A DNA stretch of 64,000 nt from an uncultured Nitrososphaeraceae archaeon (GTDB lineage: Archaea > Thermoproteota > Nitrososphaeria > Nitrososphaerales > Nitrososphaeraceae), in assembly GCA_963837175.1 (NCBI GenBank), contig CAWIMJ010000012.1, forward strand, positions 64,001 to 128,000, in the 5' to 3' direction. Made by a program: the position numbers and the translations under genes. Under the pieces are notes generated by a model. It was not told where the DNA came from. It did no database searches and worked only from the letters and a program-made list of their open reading frames with translations. Shown here piece after piece: positions 42,888-54,064 of the stretch (positions within the stretch are counted from its first letter, which is position 1; each line of letters opens with the position of its first letter).

Positions 42888-43868
42888 TTATTCTACTAAT
42901 ACTTTATTTAATATGTTTGGTAAGCTGTTGACATTTTCTATTATCGCTTCTGCCCCAATTTTTCTGAATTGTCTTGCAGTTAATGCGGGCCGCGTACTGC
43001 ATCCGTAAACTCCAAAAAATGCTATTTTGATATCTGCTTCTTTTTCTGCTCTTCTAACCATTAGTAAGTCTTCAGTTGAATCTCCAACGTATATCGCGGT
43101 TTTACTATTCATGACTTTCATAGCCTTCTTAATTGCATAAGGATTAGGCTTGCTGTATTCACGTTCTTCGTCTTCAAGAAATATACAAGCTCTTTGATTA
43201 AATATGTTGAATATTGACTTCAGTGAATATTCTGCTGCGATCTTACTTCGACCTGATATAATAGCAATGTTGCCGTTAAACTTCTGTGTAAGCTCTTTAA
43301 TAGTAGTAATGGTAGTTAAAAGCTTGTCATTTTCGATCAAAGGTTTTCCAAAATAATATTTTGGCTTAATCTTGTGGTATTTTAGGAATAATTTTGGTCC
43401 ATAAAAAAATTCATCGAATACTGTCGCAAGCAAACTGCTGCCAACTGGGGCAGGATAAACCAATTTTTCTTTTAATTTCTGAATGTCTTTATAATGAAAA
43501 TATGATGATAGAAATTTTTCGACAGAAGTAATGCCGTCCTCGTTTGTATTCCTAGCAATAAAACTAAGAAATTCTCTTGTCGATCTAATACTTTTTTGCG
43601 GATTTAGTAATATGACAAGTACGATGGCATAAGTGGTATCTGTGTCATTATTGAAACCACCTGTTTGTCTAAACTTTGAGATTATTTCATCATTAACTAT
43701 TCCCTTTAGAAAGGTATTGCCAGTTGTGTATTTAAGTATAAAATCTACTGTTCTTTTAATTACGATATTATAAGACTTTCTTATGTCTACTAATACTCCG
43801 TCGATATCAAAAAGAATACATTCTGGATTAAATGATTTGAGTTCTTTAACTATGTAATATTGGTGCAA
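42888..43868 (-). CDS. HAD-superfamily hydrolase in the his operon (candidate histidinol-phosphate phosphatase)
   Basis: FDIDGVL (motif I), ISGR, KPNP, YVGDSTED; lies between hisC and hisB. Confidence 0.85.
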   Translation of the reverse strand: MHQYYIVKELKSFNPECILFDIDGVLVDIRKSYNIVIKRTVDFILKYTTGNTFLKGIVNDEIISKFRQTGGFNNDTDTTYAIVLVILLNPQKSIRSTREFLSFIARNTNEDGITSVEKFLSSYFHYKDIQKLKEKLVYPAPVGSSLLATVFDEFFYGPKLFLKYHKIKPKYYFGKPLIENDKLLTTITTIKELTQKFNGNIAIISGRSKIAAEYSLKSIFNIFNQRACIFLEDEEREYSKPNPYAIKKAMKVMNSKTAIYVGDSTEDLLMVRRAEKEADIKIAFFGVYGCSTRPALTARQFRKIGAEAIIENVNSLPNILNKVLVE

Positions 43869-44241
43869 CTACTTATTGTCATCTGCCACTTTTATTGTAT
43901 ATGAATTTATAAATTGATAGACTCGAATTTTCTATGACATAGGGTATGATTATATAAATATAGTGGAGAACATTATTGTGACAATTAAACGAATAGATAT
44001 TTACGAAGATCGTGCTATGAATAATTTATTCTGTTTGAATGGTTTTATGACTCATGGGAAGTAATAAGTAACAGAAATAGATACCCTTCCATAAAACATC
44101 AGTATAGCATAGAATAAGGCTTAAGGTTCATGAATAACTCATTAATAGCTATAATATATTTCAATAACTCGATTTCCGTTGTAGACTATATACTAATTGC
44201 TATTTTAAATATAGGAAATTATATACACCCTAAATCCTTCT

Positions 44242-45309
44242 TTATATAGACTTTTCTATTGATTTGATAAATTTGTCATTCATTTCCTGCGTACCTATAG
44301 TAACTCTAATGCAACCTCTGTAGCTTTCAATATCACCTATCATTTTAACAACTATTCCTTGTTTTTCTAACTCTTTTAGGATCGCAGTATATTTGTCATA
44401 GGTTTCGATTAAAATGAAATTTGCATTAGAATTAAAAACCTTAATTCCTTTCAATTTGGCGAGATGGTCAAACACTCTTTTTCTTTCATTTTTAATTAAT
44501 TCAATAGTATTTTTAATATAGCTGTAATTAGATAACATCTTGCTTGCTATCGTTAATGATAAACTATTTACTGGATATGGCGATTGGATTATTGATCTAA
44601 ATAGCTGCGCAAACTTTTCATTAGCTAGCAAGTAGCCTACTCTCGCGCCAGCTAATCCAAATGCTTTAGACAAAGTGCGCAATATAATAATATTATTATA
44701 TTTCGCAATATCTGGAGTTAAAGAATAATCTGCAAATTCAACATATGCCTCATCCACTACAATTAATTTATCTTCAAGTATGTCTATAATTTCCAAAATT
44801 AATCGCCTGTCAAATTGATTGCCAGTCGGGTTATTAGGTGAGCAAATGTAAATCATATCAGATTGTTTGGCATTATTCAGAAATTCTTCTTTCCGTAGAG
44901 TATTATCTGGTTTATTTAATGGTACTCTATTGACTGTTACATCATGTAATTCACATCGGTTTATGAAATATGAAAAAGTTGGTGTGAAAATAGTAGCTTG
45001 TTTTTCTCTTCCAACAATCGAAAGAATTAATTCAATTATTTGATCTGATCCATTTCCTATTGCAAGGTACTTTTTGCTAATGCCTAAATATTTTTCTAGT
45101 TGTTTATATATCTCCTCAAATTGTTCTATAGGATATTCTCTCAAATCTGTGCATTCTAGAGCTTGTAAAGCAATTTTTGAAATAAAGTTTCTATTTAATA
45201 CAAGATTCTCATTGGCATCTAATTTAATAGAGTTTTTAGTTCTTTCTGGTCTGATATAATTATCAAGTTTGGAGAGGCGTTCTAATTTCTCAGACAGCCA
45301 AGGCCTCAT
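44242..45309 (-). CDS. hisC: Histidinol-phosphate aminotransferase
   Basis: LDANEN, GNGSDQ, SPNNPTG, DEAY, RTLSKAFGLAGARVG. Confidence 0.95.
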   Translation of the reverse strand: MRPWLSEKLERLSKLDNYIRPERTKNSIKLDANENLVLNRNFISKIALQALECTDLREYPIEQFEEIYKQLEKYLGISKKYLAIGNGSDQIIELILSIVGREKQATIFTPTFSYFINRCELHDVTVNRVPLNKPDNTLRKEEFLNNAKQSDMIYICSPNNPTGNQFDRRLILEIIDILEDKLIVVDEAYVEFADYSLTPDIAKYNNIIILRTLSKAFGLAGARVGYLLANEKFAQLFRSIIQSPYPVNSLSLTIASKMLSNYSYIKNTIELIKNERKRVFDHLAKLKGIKVFNSNANFILIETYDKYTAILKELEKQGIVVKMIGDIESYRGCIRVTIGTQEMNDKFIKSIEKSI

Positions 45310-46598
45310 TATTTTATTCTTTCCTTTATGGCTTCATAGTGATTCATTAAACCTTCAGCTAATGCAATTTCCCTAACTTTAGATTCCACTTTCTTTAAGC
45401 CTGATCTAGTTGCTTCTACTTTATTTACTATTTTTATAAAATCGAGAACGGATAAAGATGATCTAGCTTGACCAAAGCCCGATGTAGGAAGAACATGATT
45501 GGTACCTAAACAGTAATCACTAGCAGAAGATGGAGTAAAACTTCCAATCAATATCAACCCTGCTGATGTAATTTTTGTTGAAATGGTTCTTGCATTCCTT
45601 GCCATTATCTCTAAATGTTCTGGTGCTACTTCATTTATGAAGTCTATTGCTGAATATTCATTTTTGCAGATTGCAATGAATCCATTCTCTACCAAACTTC
45701 TTCTCACGATATCAATACGACTAATAGAATTATTGTTAAGAATGGATTGGATCTCTGCATTAACTTGTATTGCTACATCCTTAGATGTGGTGACAAGGCC
45801 ACAAAATGTATCGTAACTGTGTTCAGCTTGTGATATTATATCAATTGCAATTATCCTGGCATCAGCCTTTGCATCTGCATATATTACTAATTCAGTAGGA
45901 CCAGCAACCATATCTATTGAAACTCTAGTGGAAGCAAGAGTCTTAGCAATAGAGACAAATATGCCTCCTGGACCAACAATCCTGTTTACTTTGCTGATAC
46001 TCTGGGTTCCAAAAGTCAAAGCGGCAATTCCCTGTGCACCACCTATTTTATAGAATTCATTGACACCGCAAATTTCTGCTGATACAAGAGTCAAAGGATC
46101 TATCGTTCCATCTTTCAACGGTGGAGAGATTGCTACTATTCTATTTACTCCAGCCACTTTTGCAGGGACTGCACACATTACCATAGTACTAGGATAGCGA
46201 GCTTTTCCCCCAGGGATATAGCATCCAACACTGGAGATAGGTTGAATCATACGCTGAATCTTTACTCCGTACGATGAAAGTGAAATTTTATGCAATTGCT
46301 TGAAAAGTGAAATTTCAGTCTTGATTAGCCTGTTTCTTATCATCTTAATAGATTGAATCTGTTTTTTGGTGACTTTGTTATATGCTTCCTTCATTTCTTC
46401 ATCTGTAACTTTCAATGAATTTAACCTAACACCATCAAACTTTTCCTCATAATCTATAATGGCTGAGTCACCATATTTTTCTACATCTTCCATTATCCCT
46501 TTTGTTCTTTGAATTAGTTCATCAGAAATGATATTGCTAGAATTTCGTAAATTTTCAGCGTCAGATTTTGCATTCTTAACAATTATTGTCTTTATCAA
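45309..46598 (-). CDS. hisD: Histidinol dehydrogenase
   Basis: GCYIPGG, GGAQGIAAL, DMVAGPTE, SQAEH, APEHL, GTNHVLPT. Confidence 0.96.
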   Translation of the reverse strand: MIKTIIVKNAKSDAENLRNSSNIISDELIQRTKGIMEDVEKYGDSAIIDYEEKFDGVRLNSLKVTDEEMKEAYNKVTKKQIQSIKMIRNRLIKTEISLFKQLHKISLSSYGVKIQRMIQPISSVGCYIPGGKARYPSTMVMCAVPAKVAGVNRIVAISPPLKDGTIDPLTLVSAEICGVNEFYKIGGAQGIAALTFGTQSISKVNRIVGPGGIFVSIAKTLASTRVSIDMVAGPTELVIYADAKADARIIAIDIISQAEHSYDTFCGLVTTSKDVAIQVNAEIQSILNNNSISRIDIVRRSLVENGFIAICKNEYSAIDFINEVAPEHLEIMARNARTISTKITSAGLILIGSFTPSSASDYCLGTNHVLPTSGFGQARSSLSVLDFIKIVNKVEATRSGLKKVESKVREIALAEGLMNHYEAIKERIK

Positions 46599-47572
46599 GA
46601 ATACTCATCTAAATTTATCTCATGCAGAGGCAAAATCTGTCTTGGCTCCATTACCACTAAGCCCTGCGCCATCTTTCTCATTATAGGGACTATTTTAATA
46701 AATTCATTTTTATCAATAATTGTATTTACTCCATACCACCCATCTTCGCTTAATGGACTAATTGTGGGTTTTTTTAATGCAGGCAAGTTTTTAAGCAATT
46801 TATTGAGATTTTCTTTTTTTACATTGACGAAAATATGGAGCTTTTTACGCCCTTCCACTACCCCTTTTAATAATGCAATCATATCTGCTATCTTCTCTCT
46901 CTTTTTAGGAACCTTCAGGGCATTCTTATTTGCAACGAAAACAGCAGAAGACTCAATAACTGTATCAATTATTTTCAGACTATTCTGTGTAAGGGTAGTA
47001 CCCGTTTCAGTAATATCAAAAATTGCATCAACATCTTCAGGTGGCTTTGCCTCTGTGGCTCCGAAGGAAAGGAATATCTGGACATGTTTATTATCGCCAA
47101 CTCTTAGCCACGGAGTAATGATCATAGGATCGCTGCCTCCAAAGTATTTTTGATAAGCCAAATTAGATTTTATATGAGAAGCTGTAGTAGTAAGATATTC
47201 TGACGATATTCTTAGAGTTTTATTATTCTTGGCAAACTCTGTAATTAAGCCTGTCAAGTCATTCAATTCAAAGCTTTGTGGAACTGCAATTACTTGTTTT
47301 ACTCGGCCATATTCTAAATCAAGTAATATTTTGATATCCGCTTTGGCCTCTCTAATCCAGTCCTTGCCTGTAATTCCAACATCATAGAAGCCTTCTTGAA
47401 CATAAGTCGGAATTTCTTGAGGTCTTAATATTTTGACATCTATTTCAGCATCACTGAGTTTTACTCTATAAGTACGCCCACGACCACTAACGGTTTGCCA
47501 TGCCTCTTCAAGAATTCTAAATGTCGCATCCTCAATACTACCTTTTGGGATTGCGAATTTCACAGTATGCAT
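46595..47572 (-). CDS. hisG: ATP phosphoribosyltransferase, long form (ORF track start 47620)
   Basis: KFAIPKGS, RPQEIP, DVGITGKD, GATE, DITETGTTL, C-terminal regulatory domain. Confidence 0.95.
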   Translation of the reverse strand: MHTVKFAIPKGSIEDATFRILEEAWQTVSGRGRTYRVKLSDAEIDVKILRPQEIPTYVQEGFYDVGITGKDWIREAKADIKILLDLEYGRVKQVIAVPQSFELNDLTGLITEFAKNNKTLRISSEYLTTTASHIKSNLAYQKYFGGSDPMIITPWLRVGDNKHVQIFLSFGATEAKPPEDVDAIFDITETGTTLTQNSLKIIDTVIESSAVFVANKNALKVPKKREKIADMIALLKGVVEGRKKLHIFVNVKKENLNKLLKNLPALKKPTISPLSEDGWYGVNTIIDKNEFIKIVPIMRKMAQGLVVMEPRQILPLHEINLDEYS

Positions 47573-48867
47573 ATTAACAAATAAGCAAAATCTATTATCG
47601 GTTATATATTTATTAAACACCTCGTGAAGATAGAATTTTTATCCTCAGATTATGCTCTTGTTTTAAGAAGAATTGATTTATACTATCTTTATTGTGAGTT
47701 CTTTCTTTTCACATGATACTCGTCAATCATTAAGTCTACTTAGATTAGATTAAATATATTCTAAGGTGGTTAATATAATGGCACTGGAGACTGAACTAAG
47801 TGCCTTATCAGAAGCGCTTCCTTTATCAGATTTATAGAAAAAATAATTGGTGTGTTATTAAAGGTAAAGTTCCCTTCATTCAAATACTAGGACTTATTTT
47901 TCGTCTATAGACATTTTATTAAGTCCATATCTCTGCATCGAGTGTTAATTCTACTTTGTAGACATCAACATATACATTCTCTGGCTTCTATATCAAAGTC
48001 AAAATTGTGAAGCCAGACCCAACTTTGAATGGTTTGGTTTCAGTCTTTACAAATACCTACTCATGTAAAATCATCGTTATTGTTACTGCTGTACTAATGC
48101 ACCGCTAAACTGGCTCTAAATAATTAAACATCATATTACCCTGTGTGTTCAATGACTTATTGCAATACATAATAGGTCGCAGGAAGTATATATTTGCGTT
48201 CATTCTTACAACTCCTCACGATGAAGCTATACTAGCATTGGTTCGTCTGGTTCTTGGGTCGTTCATGCTTCATTTGTTTGTTTTTCCTATTTCCAACACA
48301 AATTCGACTAGAAGAATGATGTAGATCATGTATTATTAGTTACCACAACTTATCAATTTATTCCAAGCATAAAACATAACCCACGAGAAAGTAAAGGTTT
48401 CGAGAACAGTGCACGCAATGTCTCATTCTCCAGGTCTACAACACTTCAACGTTTGTTTCAGACTCATGCATGTTTGTAAATCTAATGCAATAAGTGAGAA
48501 ATGAAAATTGTCATTGTAGACAATTTTCAAGGGAAATGTCTTCTTGTAGCTGATGCCTTCCATTTTCTATACACTACCTTGGCTATAAAATAAACGCCGA
48601 CTGCAGATATGATCATGATCAATATAGAATAAGAATGAACTAAGTACACAACCTAAAAATGATAAGTAGAAAATCATCTTCAAAGATTACATACAAAATG
48701 TTTAGTGAATTGAATATTAATATTGTTCATCAATTCTCAAATATGATGTACATGAAATTGCTGACCTGCTAAGTGATGATGATTATGATAATGATGATAA
48801 GAAAGAAATATTGATGTAGTTGAACTTGGTAATGACATCAAGCTATAATTCTTGGCTACTGCTAATA

Positions 48868-50157
48868 CTAATCTTCGTTATTTAGGAATGAAAGAATTTC
48901 TTTAGCTCTATCAACGTTTACAGATCTTTCATCCGCAATTTTATTGGCAACTATTTCGATTTGATTCCCTATGGCACCTGCTGCGACAGCAATGTTTCTA
49001 GCATGCAACCTCATATGTCCTTTTTGGATACCTTCAGAGGCCAGCGCTCTAATAGCTGCCAAATTTTGAGCAAGACCTGCCGCAGCTAATATAATCGCAA
49101 GTTCCTTGGAAGTTTTAACTCCAAGAATTTTTAAGGCAAGTTTGGCCATTGGATGGACGGAGGCTACTCCTCCGACTATTCCAACAGCCATTGGTAGTTC
49201 TATCTCACCTGCTAAATCGCCCTCCTCCGTTTTATCCCAGTTAGTTATTGATCTATAGGTCCCGTCTCTTGCAGCATATGCATGAGCTCCAGCCTCAATT
49301 GCACGAAAATCCTGACCTGTGGCCAATGCAACCGCATCGATACCGTTCATTATACCTTTGTTATGAGTCACAGCACGGTAGATGTCAGAATATGCAAAAG
49401 CGTATGCATACAAGATTCGTTCCACAATATCTTGTCCTCCAAGCTCGTTCTTATCGAAAATCGCTTTGCATTTTACAAGCCTCTTTGTAGCATAATTTGA
49501 AATTATTTTTAATATAGCTTTGCCACCAGTTATCTGTTCAACTATTGGAGCTATTGATTCGCACATCGTATTCACTATATTTGCACCCATGGCATCTTTA
49601 ACATCAACTAGTAATTCTACAAGAAGCATCAGTCCTTTATTATGTTGACTTTTGTCTTGCACTTGTCTTACTTGCAGGTCTTTCACAACAGCGAATCTGC
49701 TCTTTGAGCTAGCCAACTCTATTATTTGTTTTTTATTAGATAAAATGTTTATCTTTGCAGATTCTTCAGAAATAGGTAGTGAAACTATCTGTACTTGACC
49801 TAACATAATCGATTCGTCTGCTTCTGCTATAAAACCTCCCTTATTTTTTGCAATTTTTGCTGCTTTACTTGCCGTTGCAATTATGGAAGGCTCTTCTATA
49901 GCCATTGGTACAAGGTATTCTTTGCCATTAATTACAAAGTTTGTCGCAATACCAAGGGGGAGAGCAAGTATGCCTATTGCATTTTCTATCATTGTATTAG
50001 CATTGTCAAAGCTGAATGCTGACCAAGGATCGTGTAATATAGCAATATCCTGTGCAGACAAACCTGTTATTTCTTGTAAATAATGTAAACGTTCACTTTG
50101 ATTCATCTTATAAAATTTTTTCAATGTCAAGTAATCAAGTAAATTGTATAAAATCAT
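48868..50157 (-). CDS. hmgA: HMG-CoA reductase, class II (degradative-type)
   Basis: IENAIG, EEPSIIA, DAMGAN, THNKGIMNG, GIQKGHMRLH. Confidence 0.93.
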   Translation of the reverse strand: MILYNLLDYLTLKKFYKMNQSERLHYLQEITGLSAQDIAILHDPWSAFSFDNANTMIENAIGILALPLGIATNFVINGKEYLVPMAIEEPSIIATASKAAKIAKNKGGFIAEADESIMLGQVQIVSLPISEESAKINILSNKKQIIELASSKSRFAVVKDLQVRQVQDKSQHNKGLMLLVELLVDVKDAMGANIVNTMCESIAPIVEQITGGKAILKIISNYATKRLVKCKAIFDKNELGGQDIVERILYAYAFAYSDIYRAVTHNKGIMNGIDAVALATGQDFRAIEAGAHAYAARDGTYRSITNWDKTEEGDLAGEIELPMAVGIVGGVASVHPMAKLALKILGVKTSKELAIILAAAGLAQNLAAIRALASEGIQKGHMRLHARNIAVAAGAIGNQIEIVANKIADERSVNVDRAKEILSFLNNED

Positions 50158-50953
50158 TAATAACTGCTACGTTGAAAAAATATATCTATAAAAAACAAAC
50201 TAGTGCCTATAAAAATTGCATTATACAAATCTAACTACTTCTTTGTCAAAGTGTATATTAAGTGTAAACAAAGCGATATTACTAACATATGTGCGAGAAA
50301 ACTTCTTTTTATCCTTATATCACTCATTAGAGGATGTTTTGGTTTTATAAGAAATTGTGGCAACGCTGAAATTTTGCTGACTTGTCCTGCGAAAGCTGAT
50401 TAAAATAGGAAAACTATTAAAATTATAATAGGAAACAGATTTGGGGGCTGTGTTAGTTAAAAAAAATCGGCTCTTTATTGTAATGATCAATAAACAGAAT
50501 GAACTAATTTATGACATTTCTAATTTATACACTTGCTTTCCCTGGTGCATGTAAAGTGTAGTCATTGAATTCTCAATTCTATCCCTTAATATACTGGATA
50601 GTTCTTCTCTCACAATGCTCTCCGTTCATATATCATGTAACATATAGAAAATGAAGGGAGATCTAGTTTTGAGAATTTATATGCTTGAGGAATATACTAA
50701 GTTCTATCACCACCGGTAGAAACTGGATGATATTTTTCATAATTATTAGAGTGCAGAAATTATTCTCCTCCCCTTGAATTATATCTTTTATGGTCTGAGT
50801 ATTTTGTATCCTAAACACATAGTGTGCAACATTGAATATGATTACGAATACTAACTAAAGATTGCTATATATATCATGAAGTTTGTTATAATATTGTTCG
50901 AAATTTTGATTCATATCTGTTAATAAGCTGTAATGAACTAATAGTATATCTAT

Positions 50954-51487
50954 ATGCTAAGGAGCTTTCCAATAAGATTAATAATATCAGTTTGTACATT
51001 ATTGTTTGTTTTAGCGTCACTCATACCGCTTACTCAGTCATGGGGTGATAATGTAATAGAGGCAGCCTGTTCTATCGGTAGTATTATTAGAACCGATGGT
51101 ACGAATAGAGCGGATCTAATACTTGGATGTAATACTCAGGATATAATGTATGGAAAATCTGGTAATGATGTACTTCAGGGTCGTTTAGAGAATGATAGGC
51201 TATATGGTAATAGTGGAGATGATAATCTAGAAGGCGGTCTAGGAGGAGATGAACTCTATGGTGGAACAGGAGATGATGTTATTTTTGGAGGATTTGAGGA
51301 CGACTTTCTAGTAGGCGGAAAAGATAATGATGAACTGTACGCAGAGGATGGAAATGATCTCCTTAAGGGAGGAGACGGTGCCGATTATTTTGACTGTGGG
51401 GATGGTCTTGATGTAATAGTAGACTTTGATCCAAGTAAAGGTGATACTCATGCAAACAACTGTGAAGATGTAAGAGAACGTCTGTAA
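50954..51487 (+). CDS. Secreted hemolysin-type (RTX) Ca-binding repeat protein
   Basis: Signal peptide followed by tandem GxxGxDxLx nonapeptides. Confidence 0.9.
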   Translation: MLRSFPIRLIISVCTLLFVLASLIPLTQSWGDNVIEAACSIGSIIRTDGTNRADLILGCNTQDIMYGKSGNDVLQGRLENDRLYGNSGDDNLEGGLGGDELYGGTGDDVIFGGFEDDFLVGGKDNDELYAEDGNDLLKGGDGADYFDCGDGLDVIVDFDPSKGDTHANNCEDVRERL

Positions 51488-51614
51488 AATACAACACCTT
51501 TCTTATTGTGATAGATCATTTCAAATTTTGAAAAACATTTATGGACTATTTCTGTTATTTAGCCACAATATTATTCAAGATAACTTTACTATTTATACAC
51601 ATTTAAAATATTAT

Positions 51615-52575
51615 TTATCTATCTTTTAACATCAACATACACATTAGAGCTTTTTGAACATGTAACCTGTTCTCCGCCTCGTCCCATATTACTGATGCCT
51701 TTCCATCTATAACCTCCGAGGTAACTTCTTGTCCCCGTTTTGCAGGAAGACAATGCATGAATATTACATCTCTTTTTGCAAGCTTTAAAAGATCTGAATT
51801 TACCTGATATCTTGGAAGGAAATGTTCTTCCCTGGTACTCTTTTCTTGATCTTTTCCTATTGATAGGAATGTATCAGTTACTATAATATCTGCATCTTTG
51901 ACAGCCAGAAGCGGATCGTCTATGATAGCTATTTTGGCTCCAGTTTTTTGTTCTTCCTCTTTGGAGAGCCTTACTATTTCTTCCAGAGGTTCATAACCAT
52001 GGGGACAGGCTGCCGTCATATTGATGCCTGTTTTTGCACAACCTAACAACAAGTCGTTACACACGTTATTGCCATCTCCTATCCATGCAAGATTTAATCC
52101 TTTCATTTTTTTCTTATATTCTTGAATGGTTAGCAGATCTGCAAGTATCTGGCAGGGGTGGAAGGTATCAGAAAGGCCATTTATAACAGGAATAGAAGCA
52201 GAGTCAGCTAATTTCTGTACATCGGCATGATCATAAACACGAGCGACGATACAATTGAGATATAGAGATAACGTTCGACTAGTGTCCTCTATTGATTCTC
52301 CACGGGATAACTGCATCTCATTAGTACCTGAGATATAACGCGTTTCCACCAAGCTGAAATATTCCAGTCTCAAAACTTACTCTAGTTCTAGTTGACGGTT
52401 TTTGGAAAATCATTCCAATTACTTTGCCCTTTAATAATTGATTTGTTTTTTCTCCATTTCCGTTCTTGAGTTTATTTTTTAAATTACTAGATAATTTTAG
52501 AATCGAAAGAATTTCGTCTGAACTCAGATCTTGAATGCTAAGAATGTCTTTGTTATTTAGGGAAGTCTTCATCAT
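51615..52575 (-). pseudogene. argF: Ornithine carbamoyltransferase split by a +1 frameshift (possible assembly error)
   Basis: STRTRVSFE in the 5' ORF; HPCQ, GDGNNV and HCLP in the 3' ORF. They join as GGNALYL-GTNEMQL by deleting one base near 52330. Confidence 0.88.
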
Positions 52576-52766
52576 CTTTGTGTAAAGACTAAAACGAGCG
52601 TCTCTTCTTTTCTGTTCTCTTTTTTAACGACTATGTCATGCATCAACATCTTTTCTTTCTCTCCTCTTCTCTACTGTTCTTTTCGGATTTTCTTTCTGTT
52701 CATTGTTTTTGTTTGCAGTAATCCAATTCTTCTTTTGTTTTGCTAATGTAGATCGTTGTAAGCTAC

Positions 52767-54053
52767 CTACTCCTCTTCTTCTCTCTTCTCTGCTATCTTT
52801 CCTTGATCTTTTCGACCAAACAATCGACCAAAACGGCTGTTCTTCTCTACTTTCTTAACTGGTTTACCTTCTTCTGGTATAGAATGAGGATACGAAGTAT
52901 TACTTGTCTGTATCGTGCTTTCTTCTGCAGGCTTTTTGTCGAAAGGCTTTCTTTTTTCTTGGTTAATATCTTTTGTTTGTATTACTGGAACAGATATATG
53001 ATGATCTTCTGGATCGTTCATTGTGTCTGATATTGTTGTTACTTCTGATGTCATATTGGATGATAATGGTGAAATCTCGATCGATTCAGAAACGGCTGGT
53101 GTATAAGTAGGTGTTCTTAAATTCTCCACATCAATTATTGGAGCATTACCAAATATAGATTCCAGGAACTTGTTTGGGTCAAAGGGAATTATGTCGTCAT
53201 ATCTCTGACCAACTCCAATGTAGACAATTGGTTTGGATGTGATATATGCAATGGAAAGTGCTGCACCACCCTTTGAGTCTGCATCTATTTTAGTTAAAAT
53301 TGCGCCATCAAAATTAGTATAGTGGAAAAATTCTCTTGCTTGATTGATGGTATCATTCCCAGCCAGCGAATCGCCTATAAATAATTTCAGATCCGGTTTA
53401 GACACTCTTACAATTTTACTAATTTCATCCATCAAATTCTTCGCAGTCTGCATTCTGCCAGCCGTATCAATCAATATCGCATCTACATAATGTTTTCTAC
53501 CATAATCTATTGCATCTCTTGCCACTGCTGAAGGGTCTGATCCATATCTTTGTGCGATGATCTTTAGCGATAAGTTTTCTGCATGTTGGCTTAATTGTTC
53601 AATTGCCCCTGCACGATGGGTATCTCCAGCTGCCAAAACTACAGAAATACCATTTTTACGTAACAAATTAGATATCTTTGCGACTGTTGTAGTTTTACCA
53701 GTTCCATTGATTCCCAAAAATACAATAACGAACGGTCCGCGTTTTGTTTCCTTCTTTGCCTTAATTTTCTCTATGAGGTCCACCTTTCCACCTCTAGTAA
53801 GCATTTCTCCAATAGCATCGTGAAGCTTTGACCTGATAATGTCCTCTTCAATCTGTCCCCTTTCAAGCTTCAAACCTAACAATTCATTTTTCAATTTTCC
53901 TGAAAGATCATCAATTACCTCCTGTGCAACATCGCTTTCCAGTAATGCAAGCTGTAAGTCAAATAGGTTATCGTCAAGATCTTTTTCAGAAAGCTCTTTT
54001 TGACCTATAGTTTTAGCTGCACTTGAAAAGGCCTTTCTGAGCTTATCAAACAT
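52767..54053 (-). CDS. ftsY: SRP receptor FtsY with low-complexity C-terminal extension
   Basis: GINGTGKTTT, GDTHRAGA, DTAGR, TKIDADSKGG, GVGQ. Confidence 0.95.
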   Translation of the reverse strand: MFDKLRKAFSSAAKTIGQKELSEKDLDDNLFDLQLALLESDVAQEVIDDLSGKLKNELLGLKLERGQIEEDIIRSKLHDAIGEMLTRGGKVDLIEKIKAKKETKRGPFVIVFLGINGTGKTTTVAKISNLLRKNGISVVLAAGDTHRAGAIEQLSQHAENLSLKIIAQRYGSDPSAVARDAIDYGRKHYVDAILIDTAGRMQTAKNLMDEISKIVRVSKPDLKLFIGDSLAGNDTINQAREFFHYTNFDGAILTKIDADSKGGAALSIAYITSKPIVYIGVGQRYDDIIPFDPNKFLESIFGNAPIIDVENLRTPTYTPAVSESIEISPLSSNMTSEVTTISDTMNDPEDHHISVPVIQTKDINQEKRKPFDKKPAEESTIQTSNTSYPHSIPEEGKPVKKVEKNSRFGRLFGRKDQGKIAEKREEEE

Positions 54054-54064
54054 ACCTATTTCGC

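Noticed and set aside
47620-48860. Long spacer between hmgA and hisG as an attenuator or ncRNA
   Set aside because: No His-rich leader peptide or recognisable RNA structure; it looks like unidentifiable degraded coding DNA, as do 11110-11620 and 23700-24300.
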